A DNA stretch of 64,000 bases from Lama guanicoe (lineage: Eukaryota), in assembly GCA_013239625.1 (NCBI GenBank), contig MU053472.1:3073822-3137821 (forward strand), in the 5' to 3' direction. Position 1 is the stretch's first letter, and each line of letters starts with the position of its first letter. Position numbers and translations under genes: made by a program. The notes below the pieces were generated by a model that did no database searches, was not told the DNA's origin, and saw only the letters and a list, made by a program, of their open reading frames with translations. Positions 24,409 to 37,520 of the stretch are shown here, one piece after another.

Positions 24409-24978
24409 TGAGGCGGGAAGCCCCATAAAAAGACCGGCAGGACCCCCAAGCAAGGCCACTACTCTTGCAGGCACCATCTGGTTCCCTGGCCCAGAGGCTC
24501 TATCTCACTTTTTGCCTCTGAAATGGCTTACTTACCGCTAAAATTCTATTCGTTCCGAGCTCACTTCTGATTGGTCATTTCCTTCACTCCTGATTGGTTA
24601 TTACTCTCATTTCTGATTGGTCCACTTCCCTAACTTCTGATTGGTCCATTTGTAGTACTTCATTTGCACAGAGTGCACTCCTGATTGGTTATTTCTCTCA
24701 CTCCTGATTGGTCTATTTCTACAAAGCTTGTTCCTGGTTGGTCAACTTCTGTTATATTTTATTTGCCTCTGATGTTGCAAAGTGTAAAACTGGCAGCCTA
24801 TAAAGGCCTGTGTAAACCTACAGACAGGGTCCAGAGTTTGGAGTGTTAACTCCTCTGAGCCTGCTGGAGTAATAAACCTGAGTTCTCCAACTCTCCGAGT
24901 GCTGCTTGGTCTCTCGCCAGGATCCAGGTTGCTGTCACAACTGAACTTCAACACCGAGCTGTAACACATTTTTCCACA
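24409..24978 (+). mobile_element. Solo LTR (ERV1-like) inserted into a MIR
   Basis: TG...CA termini (tgaggcggga...tttccaca), 4-bp TSD-like flanks agaa/agac, six ATTGG boxes, TATAAA 24799-24804, AATAAA 24871-24876. Removing it rejoins a MIR (…ctgtagtcagac…). Confidence 0.8.
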
Positions 24979-25195
24979 AGACCCCCTAATCTGGACTCCT
25001 ATCCCAGTCTGGCCATGTAATGGCTAGATAACACCGGACATACTGTCGACCTCCCTAAGCCTCCGTTTCCTCAATCATAAAACAGGGATTAAAATACCAT
25101 ATACCCTCTAGGGAGTCTGTGAAGAGTAAATAAAATAATGTATGCCTGGAACACAGTAAGCTGTCGGGAAATGTTATGCCCTACTATTATTATTT
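24979..25195 (+). mobile_element. MIR (3' part, interrupted by the LTR)
   Basis: aagcctccgtttcctcaatcataaaacaggga core and gcctggaacacagtaag tail. Confidence 0.65.
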
Positions 25196-25480
25196 CTAAT
25201 CAAATCGGGAAGTTTGTGTGTGTGAGTCAGGAGTGTGTCAGGAGTGTGTCAGGAGCAGTGGAAAGAATGAGTAGGAGGGGTGGACTGTCAGTGAAAAGGG
25301 AACGAGTGTGATAAACAAGAGTATGCCAGGAACTGCTCTTTGAGCTCAGTTTCCCATCTAGTCAAAGATAATCCCACAAGGCCACAGGAAGCAAGTAGAA
25401 GAAAGCATTCTTTCAGTGCAGGGCTCTTGGCTGATTCCTTCAGGGCCCCCTCTCCACCAGCCAGACTCCCCAGTACTTAC

Positions 25481-25589
25481 GTATTTCCAGCCCAGAGTGG
25501 TTTTGCAGTTTTCACAGTAGATGTCTGCGACGGCGTGCAGTCCTGTTAGCAACACACGCTCTTCCGCAGGTCCACAGCCCACGTTAACT
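25481..25589 (-). CDS. YPEL2: YPEL2 109-nt coding exon ([36 protein letters not shown])
   Basis: cccttggtacag|AGTTAAC...AAATAC|gtaagt. Lies within ORF 25358..25630; phases match the flanking exons. Confidence 0.97.
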
Positions 25590-26471
25590 CTGTACCAAGG
25601 GACAGGGAGAGAGCGCAAGGGGTCAGGCACATGCTCGTCGTCAGTTGTTCAAGCTGAACTTCCAGCACAAAATTAACTGAGTACAGCTGCCCGAAGGGAA
25701 GCCAACATGAAGAGCATTGTCTCTAACTGAAACCAGTGACAACCCCCTAAAGGTAGTCACATGGAAACATCTCCACTGAGATGAATTTCAGATCTGCAAG
25801 TTCTGGTGCAACATGTCTACTAAAAATAGTCTTCATAGTTGATCCTGCAAATGCATCACAAATGCTTCTAGTCTGATGATGAGGGGACAAACAGACAACC
25901 ACGCTGGTCCACAGCCACAAGCACAGGTCCTCGGAGCTTCCTGAGGACTGAGTGCGGCCAGAGGCAACAATCACGATGGCACAGTCTTGTCCTGGTCACA
26001 AGGATGATTGAGCCCCGGCTATCAAACATACTAGACTCCTTCACAGAGCACCCGCTATCTCAAGCTGAACATGCTAGATTTCCACTTTCACAATCTGTCA
26101 GGCTTGCCTTCCAGGAGCAGGCTGTAAATGATGTTCCCAGCGATGACTGAGGGCTGCGAAGGACTGTGTGTCTCCAGGAGGGGATGGGGGCTCTTCACTG
26201 GCTTCACCTCGCTAAGGCTCCCCCCAGACTCAGCCCCTCAGCAGATCCCCGTGTCTTCTGTTTGCCCTCCTTTTCTCCCTCAGTGACATCTCTTAGATCT
26301 AGTTTTGAGACGTCCGTGTTGAGGTTCAGCTTTTCCCTGTGAGACTACAGCCCTCTGATGTGCCTACCAGGGGTAGCAGATACACGATTTTTAGCCAAAG
26401 ATGCTGCCAAAAAATACTCCCCAAGAATGGCTGGCTACCAATTGTGGTGAGTAATGCCCCATGGGGTTTTC

Positions 26472-26501
26472 TGTGTGTGTGTGTGCGCGCGTGTGTGTGT
26501 G
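26472..26501. repeat. (TG)n(CG)3(TG)n alternating purine-pyrimidine tract
   Basis: tgtgtgtgtgtgtgcgcgcgtgtgtgtgtg. Confidence 0.9.
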
Positions 26502-26606
26502 GCAGAGAGGACAGGGTCCACTGTTTAATTGTCATTGAGTATTGTTTTTTCCCCACCCCTCAAAAATTTGAACTGAACAATGAATATACCATTCAGAGAT
26601 ACTCAC

Positions 26607-26650
26607 ACTGAGTTAAAGAGGTATGCTCGTCCTTGACTTCCTTGGAACGA
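26607..26650 (-). CDS. YPEL2: YPEL2 44-nt coding exon (SFQGSQGRAYLFNSV)
   Basis: ttttcttgcatttcag|TCGTTCCAAGGA...AACTCAGT|gtgagt. Not present in the ORF track; read directly from the minus strand. Confidence 0.97.
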
Positions 26651-28499
26651 CTGAAATGCAAGAAAACAAAACAATAGTTAGAGATCCATTTTTCCCACCC
26701 ATTTGGGAAACCAGCCCCAAATCACAACAGTCATGACCTTGCTGGATTGACACGGCAAAAAGGGAGCAGTGAGCCAGTTAACAGTCCAGCTGGCAGACGG
26801 CATGGCGGGAAGAGAGGGCAGCATAAATGGATCTACAGAGCCCAGGCCAGCCCACACCTGGACTCTCTTCACCAACCCAGGTAAGAAGATATAATTAATG
26901 CACATGGGTCTTTCCTGGATCCACTTATTTTCCGCCAGCTGTGCTGGCCACAGCTTTCCTTGGGTTGGCTAAGGCATGGAAACCAGCACAGGCATCTTTG
27001 CTTGCTCAATTGGTCCAACCCTGCAGAAGACAGCAAAGAATCCCCCAGGCAAAAATAAATGAACAAGCCCACACTTTTCACTGGTCTTGCTTCTTGTAGG
27101 TCTTAAATGCCATGACAGTTACAATCTCCTAAATGGGAGCAAGAGAGCGCTCACTTGATCTCCAGATCACAGGAATGCTCGTTAATAAACAGCAAACCCA
27201 TTTTAACTTCTGGCTTAAAAATGAGCTTTCTTCTGGCGGGAGGATGGCAGGGAGCAAGAGCCAGAGACGGCCATGCAGTCTGGCGTCACAACGTCTACTT
27301 CCATTAACACAGGCCCTAGTCGTGTTCTCCTCCTCTGGTTACACTGAAACGTCTGGCTGACATGAGCCAGCCATGTCCTGCATCGCTGCTGCATTTTTAA
27401 TGTGGTCTGACAACTGTACCCTGAATTAAACATCCTAGTCTGCTCTGAAAAACCACTCTAAAAATAAACAAACAGACCAAGGACTCTCTCATGACCTCTG
27501 TTATTCAGAGGCTGGAGAAATCCAGGGGTGACTGGTTAACAGATGACCAAAGGGTAGGAGCGAACCGGACAGGACACAGATCACTGCACACTAGACAGTC
27601 ATTGTCAGAAGCACAGGACTTTAGGGACTGGTGCCGCCAACTAGAGAGAAAGGCGAAATTCTTGACTTGTGAAAAAACTGCCTTTGGGGCAGCTGGATTC
27701 CTGGTTGCCTCCAAACATACAAATGCACCAGAAGACTTTGGTCCTAGGTGCAGCTCCAAGGAGCAAGCAGATGTCCCCCAGCTGCTGCTCAGGCCCTGGA
27801 CCAGCGTCCTTTCCTTTGGGTCTTAAAACATCCCTGGGGAGCATAAGGGCTCCAGACTAGAACTGAGTATGGATGGATGTGAGTGTCTCAAAACCTGGAA
27901 CCTGGAAGTCCATGCCAAGTGTTTGGATGAGACAGTGGCCCAGTAATACAGACCACAGATGTGGTCAATCTGTTAGTTCACCTCTGGGCCACACGTCACC
28001 CAAGCATGGCCAGGACAGCAAAAGCTTCATGATCTGGCCCCATCCACCCCTGCGGCCTCTTCTCTTGCTACTTTCCCACTGCGTCCTTTGCTCTAGTCAG
28101 GCTGAACCATATGCAATTCCTGGAACGTACATTTCACCAGCTTTGCCCACAATCTTCTCTCAGATGGGGAGGCTCTTCCACCTGACTGATCCTAAGCCCG
28201 GGCTCAGCCTCCTCTCTTTGGTAAGGCCTTCTCCAACCTCCCCAGGAAAAGGCACCCACTGGCACCCATGTACTGGATGCCTCTTGCTCCCAGTCTGTTC
28301 CTTTCCCTTAGCTCTTGATATACTAGATTTAAACTGTCTAGTTATTTGTCTAACTCTCTCACCACACTGTGAGCTCCCGGGAGGCATGAACCATGTCTTT
28401 TGTCTCTCTCTGAACCCCCGGGGCACATAGCATGAATGTGGCATACAGTAGGTTATTTATTAAATTATTTATTTCATGAGTCAATTGCCTCTAATTTCC

Positions 28500-28925
28500 T
28501 TTTTTTCTTTAAATGGCTTTACTAGTATATAACTGACATATAATAATAAACCGTGCATATTTAAAGTGTGCTATTTGATGAATCTTATTATCTGCATACC
28601 TGTGAAACCATTACCACAACCAAGATTACAGACTGTCACACCCAAAGTTTCTTCAAGCTCCTCTTAATCCAGCTTTCCCTTCCCTCCTCACCCCCCTTCC
28701 CACTCATCCACAGGCAGCCACTGCCTACTGTCACTAGAGTCTGTATTTCCTATAATTTTAAATAAATGAAGTCATAAAGTATGTAGTGTTTTTTTGGTCT
28801 GGCTTTTTTCAAGCAGCATAATTCTTTTAAGATTCATCCATGTTGTTGGATATATCAATAGTTCATTCTCTTTTTACTGCTGAGTATATTCCTGTCTATA
28901 AATTTACCACAGTTCATTTATTTTT
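28500..28925 (-). mobile_element. Old L1 3' end
   Basis: T-rich tail; tataactgacata...gtgcatatttaaagtgt; ggtctggcttttttcaagcagcataat...agattcatccatgttgttg. Confidence 0.75.
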
Positions 28926-29189
28926 GGCTTAATTTTACTAAGGGATTTGGACTAGTTGACCTCCAAGTTCCCTTCCAGCTCCAAACTTATATTCTCGTAT
29001 AATTCCAAGGTCCTACACTATGGATAATCAAGAGTATCATTTGTCAAGACCTTCAAGTTAGAGCTTAGAAGAAGGTGGTTATGGGAAAACAAATTCTAGA
29101 AGAAAGCAGACTGGAAAAGATAAGATAATTCATAATTCATAAGATAATACGTATTACAAAAAAGATACGTTACAGACTGGAAGAAGATA

Positions 29190-29925
29190 AAAGACAAAAG
29201 ATTTGTATCTAAAATATATAAAATGCAAATAAGAAAACAAATTCAATAATAAAACAAAAAATCTAATTTTAAAATGGGTAAAAGGTCTGAACATATGTCA
29301 CCAAAGACAAACAGATGGAAAACAGGCACATGAAAAGATACTCAACATCACTAGTCATTAGGGGAATGCAAACTAAAAACATAATTGAGGTATCACTATC
29401 ACTACACACCTATTAGAATGGTCAAAAAAAGTTTTTTAACTGACAAAAAAAAATGTTGTCAAGAACGTGTAACAACTGGAACTCAGACACTGAAAAATGG
29501 CACAGCCATTTGAACAAGAGCTTGGTGGTTTCAATTACCCAACGGTGAAAACCTATGTTCTCTGTATGGGAATGTTTTCAGCAGCTTTATTCATAATCGT
29601 CCAAAACTGGAAACAAGTATCGTGAATGGTTAAGCAAATCAGTACGTCCACATAATAATGCTTTGTAACAAAAAAGGAACCGACTACTGATACAAGTAAC
29701 GTCGTGGAAAAATCTGAAATGCATTAGGCTAAGATCAGTGGTTGCCAAAGGTGACGGTAAGGGGAGAGGTTTGACTCCAAGGGATAACAGGTGAGATGGA
29801 ACTTTTATCTCAATTTATGTAGTGCGTAAGACTATGCATTTGTCAAAACTCAGAGGATTTTTTAATTTTAAATTTTACATACAGTAAAATTTACTCATAC
29901 TGGTGAAATCCAATAAAAGTTTAAA
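29190..29925 (+). mobile_element. Old L1 ORF2 end / 3'UTR fragment
   Basis: gcacatgaaaagatactcaacatcactagtcattagggga atgcaaactaaaa; gcagctttattcataat...aaaactggaaacaa. Confidence 0.75.
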
Positions 29926-29929
29926 AATC

Positions 29930-30577
29930 ACCAGCCATCTCTAAAATTGCCTGTATCTCTGTACACTGTACTCCTGTATTTGTACAATTAGGAATTGTAA
30001 GATTTCCTGACCTATTTAAAGGTATTCCAAACAGAGTTTCAGAGAGGTCTGAAGCCTTGTCAAAAGACACTTTTATGAAAAGTTTGCAAGAACAACTGCA
30101 AAGTTCAGCAAAATCCTTTCTGTAATTGGTGGATGGGTTTGAAAATGGGGATCATGATTTTTGTAAGCTCAAAGATACAAACGTTCCATTTGAAACTACC
30201 TTCTTTATAAGGAAGTTTTCAGCAAGGACAACTGTTAAGATGAAGGACTGAAGTGCACTCTCCTTAGGACACACCTCTGAATTACTGAATCAGAAAGTGA
30301 TAAACCAAGATACGTTTTAAAAGATCATATTCAATCACATATACTTTTAATAAAATAAGATTAGAAACAAATGTACAATTGTTTTATTCTTTCTTCTAGC
30401 CTTCTACATTACATAAACTATAAATAAAAACTTCAGATACACGTTTATAGTGTGCATATTACATGGTGACAGATGTGTATCATTTATAAGTAAGCAGACA
30501 TAAGGGCATATTAGGAATATATGCTCGAGCATTTTACTAATAGGAGCATATGATCTTAAACGTTTGGAGGTCACTGC
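29930..30577 (+). mobile_element. hAT-Charlie (Charlie7-like) DNA transposon remnant
   Basis: AT-rich body ending ttttactaataggagcatatgatcttaaacgtttggaggtcactg, similar to a recalled Charlie terminus. Confidence 0.5.
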
Positions 30578-33500
30578 CCTGGGGGTTCCGATCTGTTTCA
30601 GGGCAGGGCCTTGGAGGACCTTTGTCTAGCCTGACACAGATTAGAATTCCTAGAGAGTCGGGTGGGGGAGGGCACACGGCAGAGAAGAGGAACGCCAGCC
30701 AGGCCCAGAGGCGCCTCGTGAGGCCACCACGGTTCCTCCAGGCCTGTTCCGCAAGAGCGTGCTGGCAGAGGCCCACACTCCGCAGAGGGTGCCGAACCCA
30801 AACAGGGCTACCTTGGTGGCAGTACCTATTCAGGTACCCCCTGAGCGACAGCATCCGTGAACGCATCTCCTCAGCCTGGCCCTCAGGACCAGCTGCACTC
30901 CCGGGGGGGCAGGACTCTGGAAGCTTTGCCACCATGGCTTCCATGCTGGGCCCCTGCCAAGCCAACATTTATGATGAGAAAAACATTCACTGAGAACAAC
31001 AGGCATCTTAGAAATAGACACAGACAAGAATAGCCCGGCTGGGGCGCTGTATCCTGTGGGGCCCGGCCCAGCCTGGCGCGAGCAGGCACGGCCTGGCACT
31101 CCCTCGGGTGAGGGTGGTACCGAAGGTGGGGAGACTGAGAGGAAGTGAAGGAAGCAATCAGAATGAAGCAAACAGAATTTCAGACCAGGAGATCCCAAAC
31201 AGACGGTCAGACACATTTGTTTGCTGTCACTACTGCCAGGCAACAAGGCAGCTCTTCACCATGTTGTGTATCAACCAAGGCTGGTGTTCAGGACTCCAGG
31301 AAGGGTTTTCTTGTTTTTGTTTTGCTTTTTTTTAATTACACAAAACTTTTCATCTGTCCTTTAAAGGAAAGTAATAATTCCAGGCCCAGCCCTTCCAGCC
31401 AGCTCAAAGGAACGGAAAGGGCTTTGAGTTTCCTGTTTAGTAGCCAAAACCACTGATTTCTGGCCCCTTTGAAGGTCTGGAAGGCAGCATTTTTTTCTTA
31501 AAGTAGGAGGACCACTGAAAAACGAGTATTTGTTGGGGGAGGCGTCAACAGAGCAAACATGTGGGCTCCTCCTTCACTCAGACTCAAGCATGAAGTACTC
31601 CTGGCACGAAGCAGACCCTCTCAAGCCCCTGTCGCTGGGAAGGTGAATCATTAGCAACTGAGTACGTGCCCCAGGAGGTGCCCAGAGATGAGGGGAGCAC
31701 CTGACTACTTGGCACTAACACCTAGGAGCTAGACGAGCCCTTTAAATCTGCGTACAAGAGAGGATCTAGCCTTGGCTCAGAAATTCAGGATAAAATCCTG
31801 GTTTTACAACTTCAACTGAATAACTACTTGACCTTGGGAGAATTATTTAGCCTCTCTCAGTTTCCGCATTTTTTTACATCTGTAGATGGAAACCATGCCT
31901 ATTTCATAAGGTTTTTGGGACCAAGAAGTAACACTAGGTAAATGGAAGCGCAGAGGAAAAAGAGAGTTGGTTCCCTGTCCTCCTTCTTTGGCCTTTTCTG
32001 GAGCCTGGAGAAGACAGATGAAAAGGCTGACTCAGCGAGAAGGTAGCAGAAGTACAAAAGAGGACTGGCTGAACACCCCACCCCAACAGACCGGGCATTC
32101 TGCTGGGGAGGGTCAGGTCGGTCCTTTCTCCTTCCTCACTCTTTTCTGCATCCATGGTCAGGCCTGGTGGAGTTTGCTATTCAGGGTCAAAGTAAACCAC
32201 GGGCTCCATTCCAAAGAGCTGAAACCAAAGCAAAATAATACTGGATCTTTGGATTTCACTCTCGACGAGGCACATGGAGAAAGTGGGAAGGGTGATAATG
32301 AAGAACAATGAAAACGATGAAAACTTCCATAATCAGAACCCAGGAGCAACGGAACGGTTAGCTAGGAGGAAAGAAGATTAAAGGGGAGTTCTTCCATCTT
32401 CTCTGCAATAAGAACAAGAGGAAATGGACTTAGATGGAAATAAGGGAGACTTGGGTTAATTATAAGGAAAGAGTTTCCTGACTCTGTATGACTTCCATAC
32501 TAGGACACAGGTCACCAGGAAAGAACAAAAGCCATTTGTAGGTGTTTATGGTCTACAGAAAGTGCTCACGTTATTGTCTAGGAACTTTTGAGATGGGGTA
32601 AAAAGCCACGTGTGCTGCCTAGAAGCAGAAGCATGGCCACCTCCCGCCCTCCTACAGTGGCTTTGAGCTTTGGCAGATCCCAAAAATCACCCTCAAATTC
32701 CCAAAACAGATGGAGGGAGGGGCAAGGAAGGGACTGGTTCTAAAGGAGGAAATGTCCGCTGTGTGGAGTCATAAAATTCCAAGGGCATGGGAGCATTTGC
32801 GATGCAAATGATGCAAGGAACTGAATGGCAAAGACAAAAGGTGGTGCAGGGCCTGGGTGCCACATTTTACGGCAGAACCGGAGAGATTCTGGGATCTAAG
32901 TCACTTAATGACCAGGCCTTTCAAATTCAGCAGATGCTGTCAGCTCTGAACAACCTGCACTCCCTCCTTGCTCTCCAAAGAGGCAGCATGGAAAACATGC
33001 CTTCTCCACAAGATAAAGAGCATGGGGCTCCTCTAATCAGACAGTCCCCATCCTCTACAGAAGAAAGCCTGACATGGAGACTGGCTTCTGGGTTACAGAG
33101 CAAAAGAGGTGGAATTAAAATGTAACAGCAGCCAGTTGTTAATAGCTGGGCCCTTTGCAGTTCAAATATAAGTTAAAACTTTTAGGGGACTGAAATAATG
33201 GAACTCAAATTTCTCTCATGCCTTTGAAAACAATTCACTATCAGCTGCTGAAGTTAAAAAGACAATGCGAGTTAATTTACCTGGGAAGAACATACCAGTT
33301 CCCTGGTATATTTCAGTCTACACTTCTGTTCCCAACGCCATCTGGACACTGGCAAATGAAAATGTCCTTACACTGCGAAGGACTTTCGTGAAGTCAGTGA
33401 GCAAAACCTACAGACTCTCAAGGCAAGTCTTCCCCTCTAATCAATTCAGGCAAAAAGGACAGAAAAGGTTTCCTTCCAAGATGAAAGCCACATGCTAGAG

Positions 33501-34769
33501 AGGGGGTTGCCTTTCAAATATTTTCTAACAACCAATCACTATAGTGAACCTGGAGACAATTTTTAGATGAGACTGAGGTGGTGCATTACATAAATTGGAA
33601 ATTGCGAAGTAAGAGTCATGACTCACATTTATACAGGGCTCACTCTATACCAGGCAGGATTCAAACTGTTTCACATCAGCCAGGTACTTTAATCCTCTCA
33701 ACAATCTGATCAGGCAAGTACTTTCATCGTTCCCATTTTACAGATGAGGAAAGTAAGGCAGATGCCCAGGGTCAAATACCAATATATGACAGAGACCCAG
33801 GTAGTCTGGCTCCAAAATCTAAGGAAGAATGAAGACAGAATGACAAAGGTGTTGTCCAAGGGCCTTCCTAAAAGAAAGAAGCCCAACAGAATTAGACTAA
33901 CACTGATGTGTTCATAAGATCTCAGGATATAAAAGCACTTTCACATCCCTTAACTGATTAATCTCCAAAACAACGAGGAGGAATCTGAGGTCCAGAGCTG
34001 TTCCAGTGACTTACCCGGTTTCATACAGCTTGTTAAGTCAAGGTCAGAACTTAAGCCTACAGCTTCTGATTCCAGGTCCCAAGATTTTTCTAGAGCGTGT
34101 TCACTTGGAAAATCTGTCTCTTTGAAGAAGAAGGATGGATCAAGCTGTCAGAACTGATGAAAGTCTCTTAGGCGATTCACCTCCCTCTGCTCTGATTCCA
34201 TATTTACTTAGCAACTGCCTAAATTTAATTCTCTCGCTCAAGTGGGTTTACCTTCAAGGAAGATAGCACACAGTCCAAGCTTTCAGGATTATCTGTTCCA
34301 GGGTAAATTAGTGAGTTAGAATTCTAGTCTACCAATTAGCTTCCTGGGAGTTGTGTTAGACTGAATCACATCACCAGAGCTTGGTCACTCTTGAGTGAAT
34401 AGATAAAATTAAAATTGTAAACCCACAATGTTTGAGGCTGACTGAAGACCACCAAGAGAATATTTTCTACAACTGAGCCTGAAAACAGCCTTCCCCGCTG
34501 ACTCCTGAATGAGTGAGTCTCATTTCACAACCGGGGGGGGGGGTGGTAATTAAAAAGCAAAGAAGCCCTTTAATATTCCTTCTTTCTTTGGCACCTGGTC
34601 TTCATGGCAAAGAACGAGCAGAGGACCCAGAAGAATGCTTTGTAGAGTTTGCAGAAAGAGAAATACTTAACTAATTGCAATCTCTAGGAATCTCATGCAG
34701 TGGATTGCAGTCTGAGTAGAGTGGCAGATCTCAAGACCAAAACATACATATGACTTTATCCAGTTTTAA

Positions 34770-35010
34770 TTTCATAGAGCATTGGAATTTGAAGGCATCC
34801 CAAGGTCAACCACTCAGCATATGGATGCATATGGTTCTTGTCCACATTTCTACCAAACCTCTGCTTAAATACTTGCAGGGATAGGGAACTCCCTACCTCC
34901 TCGGGAAGCCCGTTCTACTGCCAGCCGCCCTGACAGTACCAAAACTCCTTCCGTGAGCTGAACTCTGTCTCCTGAGAGCTCCCGGAATCCTCATCCTTAC
35001 ATCCTTTGGT
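34770..35010 (-). mobile_element. L3/CR1-like ancient LINE fragment
   Basis: cctctgcttaaatacttgcagggatagggaactccctacctcc...gcccgttctactg. Confidence 0.5.
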
Positions 35011-37520
35011 GCCAAACAACACTTCAAGTTATAGCTTTACATCTGCTGTCTTGGCCACAGCAAGGTTTCCTTCTACAAGCTAAATTTCGCCCACTTTAGT
35101 AGATGAACGAGATTCAAGTCCCAGTTCTGGCCCTGTCTCTGCTGCATGCTGTTGGATACATTCACCTTCCTGGTGCCAGGTTCCTCCTCTGCGAGGTGGG
35201 ATATAATACGCACCCTACAAAGAGCAAAGTGCCTGGCCTGTGACAGGCCCTCGAGAAGTGGCAGCACCCTTCCTTCCACCAACTCCTTCAAATTTCCTGT
35301 ATGCGGCATGGCTTTACCCACACCGAGCTGACCGCTGCCTTCGTACCCTGGTTTTGCATTTCATACTCGGTGTTCCCTAAACACTTTCAACACTTTCCTC
35401 TCTTGGAAGTGCTAATCAAAGCACAAGGCCTTATTTAAACAATCGGGCTTCAGGTTGTACATACAAACTAAAGCAGGGTGATTAATGTGCTCTTCCCCAT
35501 CGTGGCAGCTGTCCAGTATTATCAGCCTTTCCTCCCATGGGGGTATTAGCATACATCTACATTTAACCTCTGTGTTCATACACCCCCCCAGGGACTAGGT
35601 TTAGGAGGAGAGTTATACGAAACAGTTATGAAGGAAGAGACATTATTACTTAAAAGGATCATAATGGGGGGCTCGAGGAAATCACAGCCAAAGAGCTCTT
35701 GTGAAAGAGACTTGAGTATGTATGTCGGAAAGATCTGAGCATTAGGTGCTTGCCAGGTTGCAAAAGCTGGGCACTGGTCTCAGTACTCCCTCTAGAAATG
35801 GAACACAAAGGGTCAGAATCAATAACCAGCCTAGCCACTCCCATCGCTGCCAGGCGAGGCCAGCTCATCTGTCTCCAACTAGCATGACGTCCTTGGGCAG
35901 ATCCCTGATCCTCTGAACTGGGAGTTGCACCGTCTATGAAATGAGGGGGCTGAGTAAGGTTTCTTGCAAGGGTGAGTATCCTGAGTCCGTATTCTCTAGA
36001 GAGTAGACGCCTCGCACATTCAACCAACGTTTCTGAGTCAGAGTTAGACCTCTTCCCTTGCACTTTTAGACTTCCTGTTGATCTGCATAGAAGGTCTTTC
36101 CTGCTCATCAGCTGACCTATTTTATCTAATTCCTCACTAAGACCTTCATCCTCAAGACAGAGACTTAAATCCCCTTCACCTATTCTCGTGCTCAACCTTC
36201 TTCCCTGGCCAACAGAACAGCCTGAGGCACACTGTGAAATATCAGGTACTTGGAAAATCATCTCCCAGGGGAAAGGTTTTTATTCCACACTAACGCAGTC
36301 CATGATATTAAAAAAAAAAAAAAGGAGAGAAGGCGAGATGTCCAGGAATATACATGTGGCTCAGAATCTTGTGATATGGTCATAAGAAGGAAGGCTGTGC
36401 CTTTATAATTATAAATCAACAAATATTTAATGAGACGCTGTGTCCCAGACCTCGCTCAGCACCAAGAATGCAGCGAGCCAGCTCTGCCCTCAGGATGCTT
36501 ACGCGCCAGCAAGAGGCTCTCCTTGGAGAGGAAGAGGGTGAAGAAAACCGTGAAGGCTTCGAATATGAGTCTATCTATGTGCCCATCTCTTTTCTGGGGG
36601 AGGAAGTAATTCAATGAGAAGTCAGCAGTGGTCCCTAGATATTTGCTACATAATAAGAGAAACAACAATATCTTATAACTTCCATAGTTTGATACTACAC
36701 TCAGGGTACTATCTTAAGTACTATCTGAGTTTTATAAGACAGCTGACGGGCATAGAGCCAAGCCTAGAAGCCAAATCTCAAGAAGCCTCTGTCTCTCTTT
36801 TGGGCACCTACTGTGTTTAGAAGTGTGGGTGAGCACTGACTATTGTGCACACATCCAAACACAGGGCAGTCTTATCATTCCCCTATCCACTGATTTTTCC
36901 TTATTGATGGGGGTGGAGAGGGTGTGGGATCCTTAACAGCACTGGACAGCAAATTTGAAAGCAGAACTTGTTAGTTTTTAAACAAGGACCAGCCAGTTGG
37001 ATCACAGAGTGGGTGTTCCCAGGCAAATTCCAGCACTTTAAAGTTGCTCCATGAACTGAGCCCAGCCAAGACTGGCAAGCCGGCTTTTCTTTCTTTCTTT
37101 TTTTTTTTTTTGCAATCAGCTCTTTGATTAGGTCTAGAGAGGGACTCAATTAGCATCATGGAAACACAGAGCAGATTTCAGAAAGGAAAGGTCAGCTGCA
37201 AGCCCTAGCGTTTGCTATCAGCCATCTGCCGAGCAGGAAGTGCCCTACTCAGATCTATTTTTAATCATCTTCCCTAGGCAAGGGCTCCTGGGAGAATGCA
37301 GAGGCCAGGCTTATTCCAAGAGAAACATTTAATTGCTACCTTTCTGTACACATTTTTAAACAGTCTCTGGATAGTCTGGATATCATTTTAAATATATTCT
37401 GGATACCAACTTACACACAGAAGCCCAGTTCTAGGGTTCTGTAACTCCGGCACCTACCTACAAGGTTATCTTTGGAAGCCATGGCTGGAGACCTCTTCTT
37501 GGGAAAATTACCTGAGGCTG

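Noticed and set aside
24560..24745. Regularly spaced repeats resembling a CRISPR-like array
   Set aside because: Mammalian DNA; 9-bp cores with a ~23-bp period and related spacers inside an LTR. This is a CCAAT-box array.
27873..28430. 185-aa ORF
   Set aside because: Overlaps decayed L2-like sequence; no protein signature.
30537..31246. Overlapping 140-aa ORFs on both strands in a GC-rich patch
   Set aside because: No homology recognised; long ORFs on both strands are expected from stop-poor GC-rich sequence.
35659..36261. 200-aa minus-strand ORF
   Set aside because: No recognisable domain or exon structure; intronic; consistent with a chance ORF.
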